A stretch of 32,000 nt of DNA from Candidatus Thorarchaeota archaeon. GTDB taxonomy: Archaea > Asgardarchaeota > Heimdallarchaeia > Hodarchaeales > Hodarchaeaceae. Position 1 is the stretch's first letter; the number at the start of each line of letters is the position of its first letter. The translations under genes were made by a program, and so were the position numbers. This document shows positions 17,003-26,116 of this stretch, in pieces. Under the pieces are notes generated by a model that made no database searches, was not told the DNA's origin, and saw only the letters and a list, made by a program, of their open reading frames with translations. The stretch spans positions 60,001 to 92,000 of the forward strand of contig JBHLRO010000014.1 in the NCBI GenBank assembly GCA_048882505.1, given 5' to 3'.

Positions 17003-17158
17003 ATGGAGAAACCAACTGCTACGGCAAAGCTAACCAGTAACAACCAGATCACACTGCCGAAAGCGATACGAGAACGGCTGGGGGTGAACGTGGGAGACAT
17101 TGTCCTGTTCTTCATTAAGGACGAGGAAATTGTGATCCGTGCCAAAGTGCAATTATGA
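17003..17158 (+). CDS. AbrB/MazE/SpoVT family DNA-binding protein (51 aa, below the ORF-track cutoff)
   Basis: MEKPTATAKLTSNNQITLPKAIRERLGVNVGDIVLFFIKDEEIVIRAKVQL; GAGGA upstream. Confidence 0.9.
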   Translation: MEKPTATAKLTSNNQITLPKAIRERLGVNVGDIVLFFIKDEEIVIRAKVQL

Positions 17159-17244
17159 TCCTGGAATGCCTATGCTTGCCTAGTCAAAATTGCATCCGAG
17201 AAGGAGGGTAATGAGGGCACCACACCAGATTGGAGGGTAAAACC

Positions 17245-17916
17245 ATGAGAACCAAAACGCTCGTGTATGTCAATCTGGCGTCGTTTTGGGCTCTGTTCAT
17301 TATTACCGCTGGTCTCAGATTTCTAAGTACTCCTCCTGAAATCGAGCCTGTACAACTTCTGGCGTTTTCAAGTTTCCTCCGCGCCATTTTGGAGTATCTT
17401 CTCCTGTTCAGTTGGAACCTGGGACTTCTTACCCTTAAACGTTATCAAGACGAGCGGAGGATTAAGCGGCAAAGACTCGTGTTTGGAGGTGCAATTATCT
17501 TGATTGTTACATCGTTTTTCGCCGTATCCATTCTCGATACTGCCCTGCTTCCGCCTGTAGAAGGATCCCCACTCAGCGTGCGGTCATTCGAATATGGTTT
17601 CAACGGAGATGCACCCTCGTTCAACATTCTCCGATTGACCCTATGTAATTCTGGTACTGAGCAGATCCTGATTACTTCTCAGACAGTGCAAACGTATGAC
17701 GGTACCCGATGGAGCGATGCGCCGTATGTCTATAGCTTTTTCCCATATACGCTCAAACCAGGAGGTTGTGGCGGGAAAAGTACCTGGTTTATCCCCCCCT
17801 CCGTGAATCCGGTTGACTATCGTTTTGTCGTGACCTATCGGATTGGAGAGGGGGAACTTCAGGTATTGATCGGCCCGCTCTGGTCGGAATATAATTCAAG
17901 TGCCATCGCTTTTTAA
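17245..17916 (+). CDS. Three-TM membrane protein with a C-terminal beta-sandwich-like domain
   Basis: GGAGG before the ATG at 17245; three hydrophobic helices, then LTLCNSG...TLKPGG. Confidence 0.8.
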   Translation: MRTKTLVYVNLASFWALFIITAGLRFLSTPPEIEPVQLLAFSSFLRAILEYLLLFSWNLGLLTLKRYQDERRIKRQRLVFGGAIILIVTSFFAVSILDTALLPPVEGSPLSVRSFEYGFNGDAPSFNILRLTLCNSGTEQILITSQTVQTYDGTRWSDAPYVYSFFPYTLKPGGCGGKSTWFIPPSVNPVDYRFVVTYRIGEGELQVLIGPLWSEYNSSAIAF

Positions 17917-17943
17917 AAGGAAGATAAGGTTCCGACACTCACT

Positions 17944-18129
17944 TTGCCCCACTCATTAGACGATGATTTTTACCATGTGGAGAGTGCTAACCCTGTGCAA
18001 CGGGTTCTTCGTCCCGTATGCAAGACGTGTGGCACCCGCCAGATTGTGTTAGCCAAGTATTGTTCCTTTTGCGGAACCGAGATCGTCCCCCTCGATGTTG
18101 AGATTACACCTCCTCCTTCACACAAGTGA
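17944..18129 (+). CDS. Small zinc-ribbon protein
   Basis: CKTCG...AKYCSFCG double CxxC. Confidence 0.65.
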   Translation: MPHSLDDDFYHVESANPVQRVLRPVCKTCGTRQIVLAKYCSFCGTEIVPLDVEITPPPSHK

Positions 18130-18192
18130 CTGTGCTGACCCCCCCGGGGGTATAATTTTCAACACAACTCGGGTTACCATCCTGGTCAGACC

Positions 18193-18957
18193 CTATTTTT
18201 CATGCGCTTCGATACATGCTTTGAATAAACGTTCAAACAGGTTGTCCGAATTGAGAAGGTTTTGATAGAAGCGATGAGAATGGCTCAATGCCAGGGACAT
18301 ATCGGGGTTGACCGTAATCATAGACGTCTTTTGGAGCAATTCGACGATATCTAATCCCATGTCGCAGGTGATCCCAAGTAGTTCCCGTACCTCCCTGAGG
18401 TAGAAGGGGATGGCGAGGCGCTCCCGCTGGAACAATAGAAACATGACCATATAGGCCTCAATGGGGTAATTAACGGGACAATCGTTCTGCACCCCGAGAC
18501 ATTCAGCCTCGGGGGGGGTGGTGAGGGAGGGATTAAGGTAGTAGCGCGGGTTTTCTGATCTTATACCTGATCTAGGATGTTGGATGAGCAGCTCCTTTTG
18601 GACAAGTTGTTCCAGGCTTTTGGTAACCTGAGCTAGCTCAGGCATCCCTACATATGACCCGCACATTTGGCCGTAAATCTGGTCGAAATTGATATCCATG
18701 CTAGGTGTTCGTTGCTCTAAGCGTTGGACAGTTTCTAGCAGGCGTAAGTCCAGCTCATCATGGCACAGCAGACATAACGGAACCTGACATCCCCCGCACG
18801 GATTCATCCCAGCGTGTTGAACGAAACTGACGGTCACCAAATTTTCATGGAGTTGACGGAACAGCTCGCCTGCCCCAGGAGTATCAAAAACATCGCTAAG
18901 CGGGCGGTGATTGGCCCATTTCGGGTCATCAAAGAAAGACATTTCGGAGCCATCCAT
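18193..18957 (-). CDS. Double winged-helix-like protein with a Cys motif
   Basis: CGGCQVPLCLLCH; LEQLVQKELL...RYYLNPS; a second HTH-like segment at the C-terminus. Confidence 0.75.
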   Translation of the reverse strand: MDGSEMSFFDDPKWANHRPLSDVFDTPGAGELFRQLHENLVTVSFVQHAGMNPCGGCQVPLCLLCHDELDLRLLETVQRLEQRTPSMDINFDQIYGQMCGSYVGMPELAQVTKSLEQLVQKELLIQHPRSGIRSENPRYYLNPSLTTPPEAECLGVQNDCPVNYPIEAYMVMFLLFQRERLAIPFYLREVRELLGITCDMGLDIVELLQKTSMITVNPDMSLALSHSHRFYQNLLNSDNLFERLFKACIEAHEK

Positions 18958-19028
18958 TTTATGGTTTTTATCACTATAATTAAGCTGCTAACCACCCCGT
19001 CCTCAGGGTGAAATCTGACCAAATCGCC

Positions 19029-19238
19029 TCAGCTGACATCTATCGTGCGCTGCAAGATGATGCTTTTTATATATGAAAACACATCGACATGCCTCGAGGT
19101 ACTGTTGAATCCTGCAAGTGACTCCAAGCCCTTGGCTTTTGACCGAACACTCATGGGATGGTTCAAGTACTCTGGTTCGGTGTAGGAGGATGAATTTGGA
19201 GTCTGAAAGGGAAGAGGGGTTAGGCTGAGTTTCTTCAT
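19029..19238 (-). CDS. Possible small hypothetical protein
   Basis: ATGA overlap with the upstream ORF, but its 3' part looks like a TATA box. Confidence 0.3.
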   Translation of the reverse strand: MKKLSLTPLPFQTPNSSSYTEPEYLNHPMSVRSKAKGLESLAGFNSTSRHVDVFSYIKSIILQRTIDVS

Positions 19239-19444
19239 CCTTGGATTCCTTTCAAAAAGGCCTCCACCACCAACCCTGCAATCTGGAGTTGCTTGGTGCG
19301 GGAGAATCGGGAAAATTCGGGGAAGACCATGTGCAATCCCTCCAGAATGTGGTCCAACACCGCCTTTTGGTCGATCCTCAGGTGATTAAAGTAGTCCTCG
19401 GGACCGTAGGTTTCATACAGGTTATATATTTCGTGATATGGCAT
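19235..19444 (-). CDS. Small hypothetical protein
   Basis: 69 aa, helical composition, GAAGGA before the ATG. Confidence 0.55.
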   Translation of the reverse strand: MPYHEIYNLYETYGPEDYFNHLRIDQKAVLDHILEGLHMVFPEFSRFSRTKQLQIAGLVVEAFLKGIQG

Positions 19445-19914
19445 GTTCCTTCATTCTCTTTGCGAAGTGACGATACACTAGCTGATAAACCTGTTCTTCT
19501 ATTCGTCTTGGATGGGAGACTCGGTGGTTGGAATCTTTAGGTCAATGGCGAGGTGGCGATACGGGACTGGAAGACGTGCCTTTGTCTGGGAAGGCCCTTT
19601 TCCGAGGATCCAAAATTTTAATCCAACATTGGGATCCTCTTCATCCGGCGATTGGAACCACACGAAAGTGGGTACGACTTTTGATCTCCATCTGATCTAT
19701 CGCAGGTTTATGCGGATGATCTGGAACATACTTTTATATATTCACGAAAAGAGGAAAACAACGCGGAGAAACGTAAAACCGACCAGACGAAAATTGACGG
19801 GAATATTGGCACTTTCGCGAAAACCTCCCTTGAGGATGACGTAACCCTTTTTGTAAAATGTAAATACTGAATTAGAATTGCCTAACAGGTAGCACTTTGA
19901 ATGAGAAGTGATTT

Positions 19915-20724
19915 TCAAGCAGTTATCGTTTCCTCGATTAACAATTTTGAGAATTGTTCACTTAATAAGCTTTTGTTGTGGTCTAGGAAATCTATTACAG
20001 CATTAGCAACATTTAAGATCTTTTCATCAAATGTAATAAATTGTACAGGTCTTTTACCAGAACAACAAAGCATAATACAACCTATTAGATGAAATCTGTC
20101 CTTTTTCCCAATATTTGGTGTGTTTTTCTGGAACAAGAAGAAAAAATTCTTGAAATCTATTGCCCATAACATGATACTATCTTTCACCCAACGTCGTACA
20201 AATTTGTGAGTAATAACATCAAAACTTACTACTGCATGAGAAGGGAGTCTATGCAAAAGCCTAAAGAACTCTCCACGGAGGCTAGGATTATTATAAACAT
20301 TGGAGAATCCTTTCCCCCTCCATTCAAAGTAATGATAGATAGAATTAAAATGTGGATTAGATTTTATTTCATTAGATATCTCCCGAAAAACTTCGTTCTT
20401 ATTTTCACCTTCCTCAATTCTTTTTTTTGCATTGAGAAGATAACGTCGTATCAATAAACTAAATTCTTCAACTTTATGAGACACCATATCTGAGAATTCC
20501 CAACTAATTGTATCAAGGACAGCAATGAATTTATTCTTGGATGAATATTCATCTAGTAGTTTTAGAGATGCTTGCCCTAATCTTTGCTTATGAGAATCCT
20601 CACTTAATTCTTCTTCAAAGATTCGGGAAAACCAAATAGAAGTGTCTGGTATTGATTCTGTTGAACTTGAACCTGGGTGAGGAAAATCTAGAAAAATTAT
20701 CTCTTCTTTTTTCACAACTCCCAA
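19915..20724 (-). CDS. PIN-domain-like protein with a helical insertion
   Basis: IPDTSIW near the N-terminus; DRFHLI...FITFDEKIL at the C-terminus; low GC. Confidence 0.7.
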   Translation of the reverse strand: MGVVKKEEIIFLDFPHPGSSSTESIPDTSIWFSRIFEEELSEDSHKQRLGQASLKLLDEYSSKNKFIAVLDTISWEFSDMVSHKVEEFSLLIRRYLLNAKKRIEEGENKNEVFREISNEIKSNPHFNSIYHYFEWRGKGFSNVYNNPSLRGEFFRLLHRLPSHAVVSFDVITHKFVRRWVKDSIMLWAIDFKNFFFLFQKNTPNIGKKDRFHLIGCIMLCCSGKRPVQFITFDEKILNVANAVIDFLDHNKSLLSEQFSKLLIEETITA

Positions 20725-20734
20725 AGATATCTAC

Positions 20735-21451
20735 CTATCCAAAAAGGGCCTTTAGGACTTCTTGTTGAGGTTTTATTTCAGCTCTTATCTTTTCTTTCTT
20801 AGTGGGGAGAATGAGTGAATAGTTAGATACCGTATTTAGATCCCAATATAGGAGATCTTCCATTTGCTTTTTCTGGGCTTCATTTGCTTCCTCCCAATGT
20901 CTCCCTATTTCACTTAGTCTTAATAGAACGATTAGCATAGCGGTCAAAATATTTACTACTGAACCCAATTTTGTATGAGAACGTCTAACTGTGACTCTTT
21001 GTAAAGATTCTTTTACTTCATTTGAGACCTCCTGGAAATTTATAATCGCTTGAGAAAAAAGAAACAATAATTTATGACCATCTGATGAAAATTCGTTATC
21101 TAAATCTGCAAAGTAATGATTTAAGTCAACTTCTAGTTTTGCATAGGATTCAGAAAATCGTTCAAAAGATTCTTTCTTTTCTTGTCTCCAGCGATGATAG
21201 GCGATTGGATGCTTCCTTTCTAGATTTTGTAAATCTTTAGTAAATTTCCCTCTGAGTTCCTGTAATCGATCATCAATTTCCTGAAAAGCTCTGAATTTTA
21301 TGTTCTCAGTTTCTTCTGCTATAAATTCATCTATCTTTTCTCGGAATTTCGTGTCTAATTTATTCAGTTCCTTTTCTTCAATGTCTTCATCTATCGATAC
21401 TCTGTATTTGAATAGATCAAGGATTTTATCTTTAAATTCAGTTGGAAACAA
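20735..21451 (-). CDS. Coiled-coil-rich hypothetical protein (possible partner of the PIN protein)
   Basis: E/K-rich heptads; 10 nt upstream of the PIN gene; low GC. Confidence 0.75.
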   Translation of the reverse strand: MFPTEFKDKILDLFKYRVSIDEDIEEKELNKLDTKFREKIDEFIAEETENIKFRAFQEIDDRLQELRGKFTKDLQNLERKHPIAYHRWRQEKKESFERFSESYAKLEVDLNHYFADLDNEFSSDGHKLLFLFSQAIINFQEVSNEVKESLQRVTVRRSHTKLGSVVNILTAMLIVLLRLSEIGRHWEEANEAQKKQMEDLLYWDLNTVSNYSLILPTKKEKIRAEIKPQQEVLKALFG

Positions 21452-21883
21452 TAATCTTACCCCATAAATGTTAGATATAAGTACAACAAGTTTGCCAAAC
21501 GCGAATCAGTTCTTTGGAATGAGTAATTCAACTATTAGATTCAATATGTTTAAATGTTTTCAAATTTAAAATGACCCTGAAAGAGGCATCCTATACAAAC
21601 CGAAATAGCAATGGAAAAAGGGATCCTCGCTCCAGATGATCAGGAGAATGGCTTGATCAAGACAAGGATGACGATTTCCTTATTGTCTTATTTTGCCTCC
21701 GTAGCCGCTGAGTTTCTCGAAAAGCCCTTAACCGTTTCTAAACCGGCGGACGTGTCTGGGAAAGCCTAGTACCGGTGTTTACATGACCTCACGAATCCAT
21801 TCCTGCGGATCTTTATAAGTAATAAGACGGAGATCCAAAAAAATAAAACGGGGACAGAGCTGGATCTGCGATCGATCGCCAGC

Positions 21884-22009
21884 TCAGCCTGTGCGGGGGG
21901 GAATGGGGCCACCCGCAGGATTGCCCGTGCTGGTCACAACGGCCACCAGCAGGATTAGCAACCATACGGTAATCCCCACCAACTTATAACGGTTGATATG
22001 GAATTTCAT
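21884..22009 (-). CDS. Short signal-peptide ORF (peptide B), 41 aa
   Basis: MKFHINRYKLVGITVWLLILLVAVVTSTGNPAGGPIPPRTG; GAGGTG SD-like sequence upstream. Confidence 0.6.
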   Translation of the reverse strand: MKFHINRYKLVGITVWLLILLVAVVTSTGNPAGGPIPPRTG

Positions 22010-22248
22010 GGAATTCACCTCTTCGAGGGGGCTGAATACGCCCACCTGACAAAGATCACCCCCTATCGGCCTGGGCCTTTAAAAAGGTGGAAACACGGGT
22101 CTCATTTCACGTATATAAAGCGGAGTGGCGTGAATTTGCAATTCACTGGAACTCTCCCCATTGTGGCTTGGTAATTCTGATCGGAATCAAGCCCCTTTAG
22201 ATAGGTGAAATGAAGACCATAGGATGTAATTCGGTATCAGAAAAGGAA

Positions 22249-22494
22249 TTAATCGTGTGCCTTTCGAGCCTGTACTTGGACAAACCGTTTGGTCTTCTCC
22301 TGTCTCGATCGTTCCGTCATTGTAATCAACGGAAACTGGGTTTGACAGTACTCCACGATAGTCAACAGGTTTACTGCCGTAGTATAATCGACATCAGGTG
22401 CTGGTTTCTGGGCAAAATCGGGAATGAGCAGATTAAAGTTGCCCGCGTCCATTTGTTCGTGAATATAATCGTTCATTGTTTCTAAAATTTTCAT
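22249..22494 (-). CDS. Small hypothetical protein, possibly HTH-like (start may be 22542)
   Basis: LIPDFAQK..DVDYTTAVNLLTIVEYCQ pattern. Confidence 0.55.
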   Translation of the reverse strand: MKILETMNDYIHEQMDAGNFNLLIPDFAQKPAPDVDYTTAVNLLTIVEYCQTQFPLITMTERSRQEKTKRFVQVQARKAHD

Positions 22495-22696
22495 AGTCGG
22501 GCGCCGCTTCGCGGATTCATCAGGCACAGCAAAAGTCTCCACAAATCGTGATCTATGAGGTTTTTCCTCACCTCCTCTTTTTGTGTGTTTTGTTACTGAT
22601 GAAATTTGGCTTATGGTGAGATTAATTAGTATTTAGTAAATTATGCTATATTTTAGATAATTTTATAAATACATCCTCACAGAGTGGAGGACGAAA

Positions 22697-23158
22697 ATGA
22701 CCTCGCTCCTCAGTCCCCCAGCCAGCTTGAAAGAAACGCTGTTGCGTGAATTGCACGCCGTTAAAATTCGTCGTGCTATTTACGAAGCGGCGGCCTCACC
22801 CTCACACCCTCCAGCGTCAAAACGTCGGCCCTGTTGGGGAATCCCCTCCCCCACCCGAAAAGGGGATATTGTCCGAAGTAGGGGCGAGCAAATCATCGCG
22901 GACTTCCTGTTTAAGCATCAGATCCCATATGAATACGAACCCCAGATCGCGTTAGGGGAACAGCGGCTCCATCCCGATTTCTATCTCCTCGGTGCAGACG
23001 TGTATATCGAGTACTGGGGAGTGACAGGGGATCCCTACTACGCGAAAAAAAAGGGGCAGAAATTGGCGCTCTATCAACAGTATTCGATCGCCGTCATCTC
23101 GTTATATCAAACCGATCTCCCCTACCTCGCATTGATTTTTGACGTGGACGGGAGTTAA
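22697..23158 (+). CDS. PD-(D/E)XK nuclease-like domain protein (type seen fused to UvrD/helicase IV)
   Basis: KGDIVRSRGEQIIADFLF...YEYE...PDFYL...YIEYWG; TTTTATAAA about 27 nt upstream. Confidence 0.8.
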   Translation: MTSLLSPPASLKETLLRELHAVKIRRAIYEAAASPSHPPASKRRPCWGIPSPTRKGDIVRSRGEQIIADFLFKHQIPYEYEPQIALGEQRLHPDFYLLGADVYIEYWGVTGDPYYAKKKGQKLALYQQYSIAVISLYQTDLPYLALIFDVDGS

Positions 23159-23162
23159 GGGA

Positions 23163-23477
23163 GTGGCCTCTGTTCCAACCTCCTCAACTCGAACCCTGCT
23201 CCAAGAGGCCTTACGTGGTGCCCGTCGGAGACTGACAGCGTCCAGCCAAGGCAGCTGTGTTTTGATTTCAGGGGGTTCCTCGCTTTCGTGCTTGATTTGT
23301 AAATTCCCTATCCAGGATGAAGACCCCTCGCTGAGCTGCCCCGATTGCGGTCAACCGTTTCATCGATCCCACCTCTTGGAGTGGTTGAAGGTGAAACGCC
23401 AGTGCCCAAAGTGCCGGACGGCGCTTCGGGTGTTTGGTTTCCCTACTCCCTTCGAGTCGGTGGATGTCGTAGGATAA
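23163..23477 (+). CDS. RING-H2-type zinc finger protein (putative E3 ligase domain); start may be 23139
   Basis: CLICK..CPDCGQPFHRSHLLEWL...CPKC. Confidence 0.85.
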   Translation: MASVPTSSTRTLLQEALRGARRRLTASSQGSCVLISGGSSLSCLICKFPIQDEDPSLSCPDCGQPFHRSHLLEWLKVKRQCPKCRTALRVFGFPTPFESVDVVG

Positions 23478-23559
23478 AAGACAGGGTTTCCCCATATATA
23501 AGGGTTCAGCAATTGGTGGGTGAATCGCATAACCCTGCATTAAATGGATGGAACCGAGT

Positions 23560-23797
23560 ATGACCTCCCAAGCTGAAGACTTTCAAGCCACGCTGGAACA
23601 AACCATCGATTATCTGAATTACAACGGCCCCATCAGATCAACTGCTTCAGTTGAGACGATTACGGTCAAGGACCCTGAAACCTCGATCCATTCTCCGAGA
23701 AGAGAACGCTCGCACGATTAGGACGAAATATGTTCTCCATCGGGAAGAATGGAAGGCAACGTTGCAAGACCTAGAGAAACTGGCTACCCAGCAGTAG
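23560..23797 (+). pseudogene. Possible frameshifted small coiled-coil gene
   Basis: ATG ORF MTSQAEDFQATLEQTIDYL.. followed in the +1 frame by ..REEWKATLQDLEKLATQQ*; weak. Confidence 0.2.
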
Positions 23798-23940
23798 GTA
23801 CTGGCTACCCAGTGATCCCGAAAACTAGGTCACTTGGGGGAACAATTGGGCATCATCGTCTTCAGGCCCACCTGGAAACCTCGATGGCAGAGGTCAACCA
23901 AATCCAGGAAGAAATCCTAAAAAGATCTCGGTAGTGATCA

Positions 23941-24411
23941 TTAGGAGAACTCGGGATGCCACGTCCAGACCAACCCGGTATTGAGTACCACCAGGACTTG
24001 GGCGAGGGTACAGTTCAGACACAGGGCCCCAATGAGGAACAGTTCGATCCAGATGAGGTTGACAATCGCCACACACATCATCGCATATTGGAGAATGAGG
24101 AACAGATACCATCGCTGCAACCACACTGGATTGATGCCGAGGGCGATCGAGGGCCGCGACGAGAACCCGCCCACTATCAGGGTCTGGATCAACACACCTG
24201 TGATGCCCACCGCCCCTAGCAATGAAATCGGGATCCCAAAAAGCGTCCCATATTCCCGAAAGGCCTGAATCAACTCAGGGGTCGTCGTCCCACATCCACA
24301 GGCCCCCGCCAAATAGTCGAGGGTCTGTACTGTGAGGATCACAATCGCCAGGAGGGAACCCGCCGCGATCAACCCGAAACGCCATCTTCCCAAAGCCGGG
24401 GACACGCCCAT
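23941..24411 (-). CDS. Vitamin K epoxide reductase (VKOR) family protein
   Basis: Four TM helices, Y..LFGIPISLLG, active-site LCLNC; GGAGAG before the ATG. Confidence 0.85.
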   Translation of the reverse strand: MGVSPALGRWRFGLIAAGSLLAIVILTVQTLDYLAGACGCGTTTPELIQAFREYGTLFGIPISLLGAVGITGVLIQTLIVGGFSSRPSIALGINPVWLQRWYLFLILQYAMMCVAIVNLIWIELFLIGALCLNCTLAQVLVVLNTGLVWTWHPEFS

Positions 24412-24417
24412 CTCTCC

Positions 24418-24558
24418 TTACGATGTCAAGGCCTCGTCTTCCTCTTCCAGCTTCTCCTTTAAATGGGTGACGCAATAGTATTGGCGCTTGTAGCTGGCAT
24501 ACATGGGTTTCTCGCAGCGTGAGCAGAGCTTCGGAGCGTCTTCCACGTGTACACCCAA
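24418..24558 (-). CDS. 46-aa zinc-finger protein (not in the ORF track)
   Basis: TTG start; MGVHVEDAPKLCSRCEKPMYASYKRQYYCVTHLKEKLEEEDEALTS; C-x2-C-x13-C-x2-H; sits exactly between two genes. Confidence 0.6.
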   Translation of the reverse strand: MGVHVEDAPKLCSRCEKPMYASYKRQYYCVTHLKEKLEEEDEALTS

Positions 24559-24580
24559 TTTATGATTGGTGCAGAGTCCT

Positions 24581-25390
24581 TTATGTAAGATCCCCTGGGA
24601 ACCGTCGGCCCCTTCCCAACGCCGCCCGCCCGATTTGGAGCCGGAGCTGGTGGGGATCCTCGCCTAATCGGGCCGCCAGTACTTGGTAATGCACTGCTGG
24701 GTGGTGAGGGAGGGGAAGCCGCTTATCCATCTCATACCTATGGATCACGCGCCACAAGCCGGAATTAGAAGTCTCGAACATCTTTGTCAGCAGGATCGTG
24801 GGGAAAGTCGGATAGAGTTCCATCAACGCCCATAGCCGAACTCCGCCGAAGGCCCACCGTTCGGACTCGTAGCCATGGAGGGTCATGGGGCGATAGTTGA
24901 GGCGGAACGCCGCTTTTTCTAACATGTCCACGAGGACAGGGTCGTCCCGATCCACATACATCCCCTTCACATAACGGATGAACACCACTCGCCAGTCCTT
25001 GGTGGTCAACGGGGTGTACCCCATCACCCTGAGCTGTTGATAGACGGAATTGTACTTCCGCTGGAGGATTTGGGCCAGTTCGACTACCAAGAACTTGTCA
25101 TGGTTCGCGTGCAGGAATTTCTTCTCCTTGTCTGTCCAGCGTTGCCGCGTATACTGCCATTGCCAGTAGTCCCCGAATTCGTCCTTGACATACCCAATGC
25201 AATAGTCCCGTTGAATCCCCAATTGGATCGCTTTTCTCCGTACTGCCCCAGGGGACATATTCACATGGGCCGCAACGGCAGAATACGACATATGTGCCAC
25301 GTTGTCCTCTAAATAGCGGACTTTGGTGGGTGTCCACTTCCGTTTGCGTTTGGGTCGTTTCGGTCGAGTTTTCTGCATTAGTTCCGCCAT
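24581..25390 (-). CDS. Protein with two Myb/SANT-like repeats
   Basis: KWTPTKVRYLEDN..AVRRKAIQLGI and RWTDKEKKFLHAN..SVYQQLRVMG; ATG at 25390. Confidence 0.8.
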   Translation of the reverse strand: MAELMQKTRPKRPKRKRKWTPTKVRYLEDNVAHMSYSAVAAHVNMSPGAVRRKAIQLGIQRDYCIGYVKDEFGDYWQWQYTRQRWTDKEKKFLHANHDKFLVVELAQILQRKYNSVYQQLRVMGYTPLTTKDWRVVFIRYVKGMYVDRDDPVLVDMLEKAAFRLNYRPMTLHGYESERWAFGGVRLWALMELYPTFPTILLTKMFETSNSGLWRVIHRYEMDKRLPLPHHPAVHYQVLAARLGEDPHQLRLQIGRAALGRGRRFPGDLT

Positions 25391-25466
25391 CCTGCCACGC
25401 TCTGTAGCACTTCGATGTCGATATGGCCCACGACCTTTATATAATCGGAAACGAATGGAGAGCAAA

Positions 25467-26063
25467 ATGACACCCACCCCCTTTTCTGAGGAGCTCGAAA
25501 GAATCCTGGCTCATGCTTGGTGTCACCATGTCCGCCGTGATTATCGACTAAACAGGTTGTGGGGCGGTGAACGGGCATTACAAGTATCCTTGGGAATGGG
25601 ATTAAGGCAATGGTTAGATCCCTACCCCGAGATTCGGGTGTGGTTCGAAGCCACTCATCCGTATCGTAAGCAGGGCAAAGATTCCACAAAGATCGTGGAT
25701 CTCATCATTGTACGGTTATCCCCAGAACATGCCAAACAGGGAGACCATGTGTATGATGAAATGGCGGATATCCAGTATGATGACTTACTGATCTGTGAAT
25801 TAAAGTACAGTAGTTCGAAAACAAGGTCAATTGATACCGACCTCGCTTTTCTGGAACAATCCCAAGTACAAACATCCGATGTGGTTCAAGTATTTGGGTG
25901 GATTCCCTATACCGACGAGAAAACGCGCGCCCAAGAGAAAATCGATCTGATTGTGGCGAAGACCGCTGCTTTCCCGTTAAGGTTCATGCTGGGGAGACCA
26001 ACCAGTCCGTTTCGATGGTCATATTATGGCAATGGAGAAGAGATGTATTTCTCCCAAGACTAG
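25467..26063 (+). CDS. PD-(D/E)XK restriction-endonuclease-like protein (start may be 25455)
   Basis: ERALQVSL, IVDLIIV, ICELKY; TTTATATA about 25 nt upstream. Confidence 0.7.
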   Translation: MTPTPFSEELERILAHAWCHHVRRDYRLNRLWGGERALQVSLGMGLRQWLDPYPEIRVWFEATHPYRKQGKDSTKIVDLIIVRLSPEHAKQGDHVYDEMADIQYDDLLICELKYSSSKTRSIDTDLAFLEQSQVQTSDVVQVFGWIPYTDEKTRAQEKIDLIVAKTAAFPLRFMLGRPTSPFRWSYYGNGEEMYFSQD

Positions 26064-26116
26064 TCCGTAGCCATCCCATGTGGCTTGATCAGAATGGACA
26101 GACTGTTTAGTACTGT

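Noticed and set aside
19029-19238. A collapsed copy of the 18193..18957 protein (YTEPEYLNHPMS vs FDDPKWANHRPLS)
   Set aside because: The similarity is too short and the C-terminal match is not convincing; the 3' part is better explained as a TATA box.
23779-23812. 13-bp direct repeat actggctacccag twice
   Set aside because: Only two copies 21 bp apart; most likely a local slippage duplication, not CRISPR or an att site.
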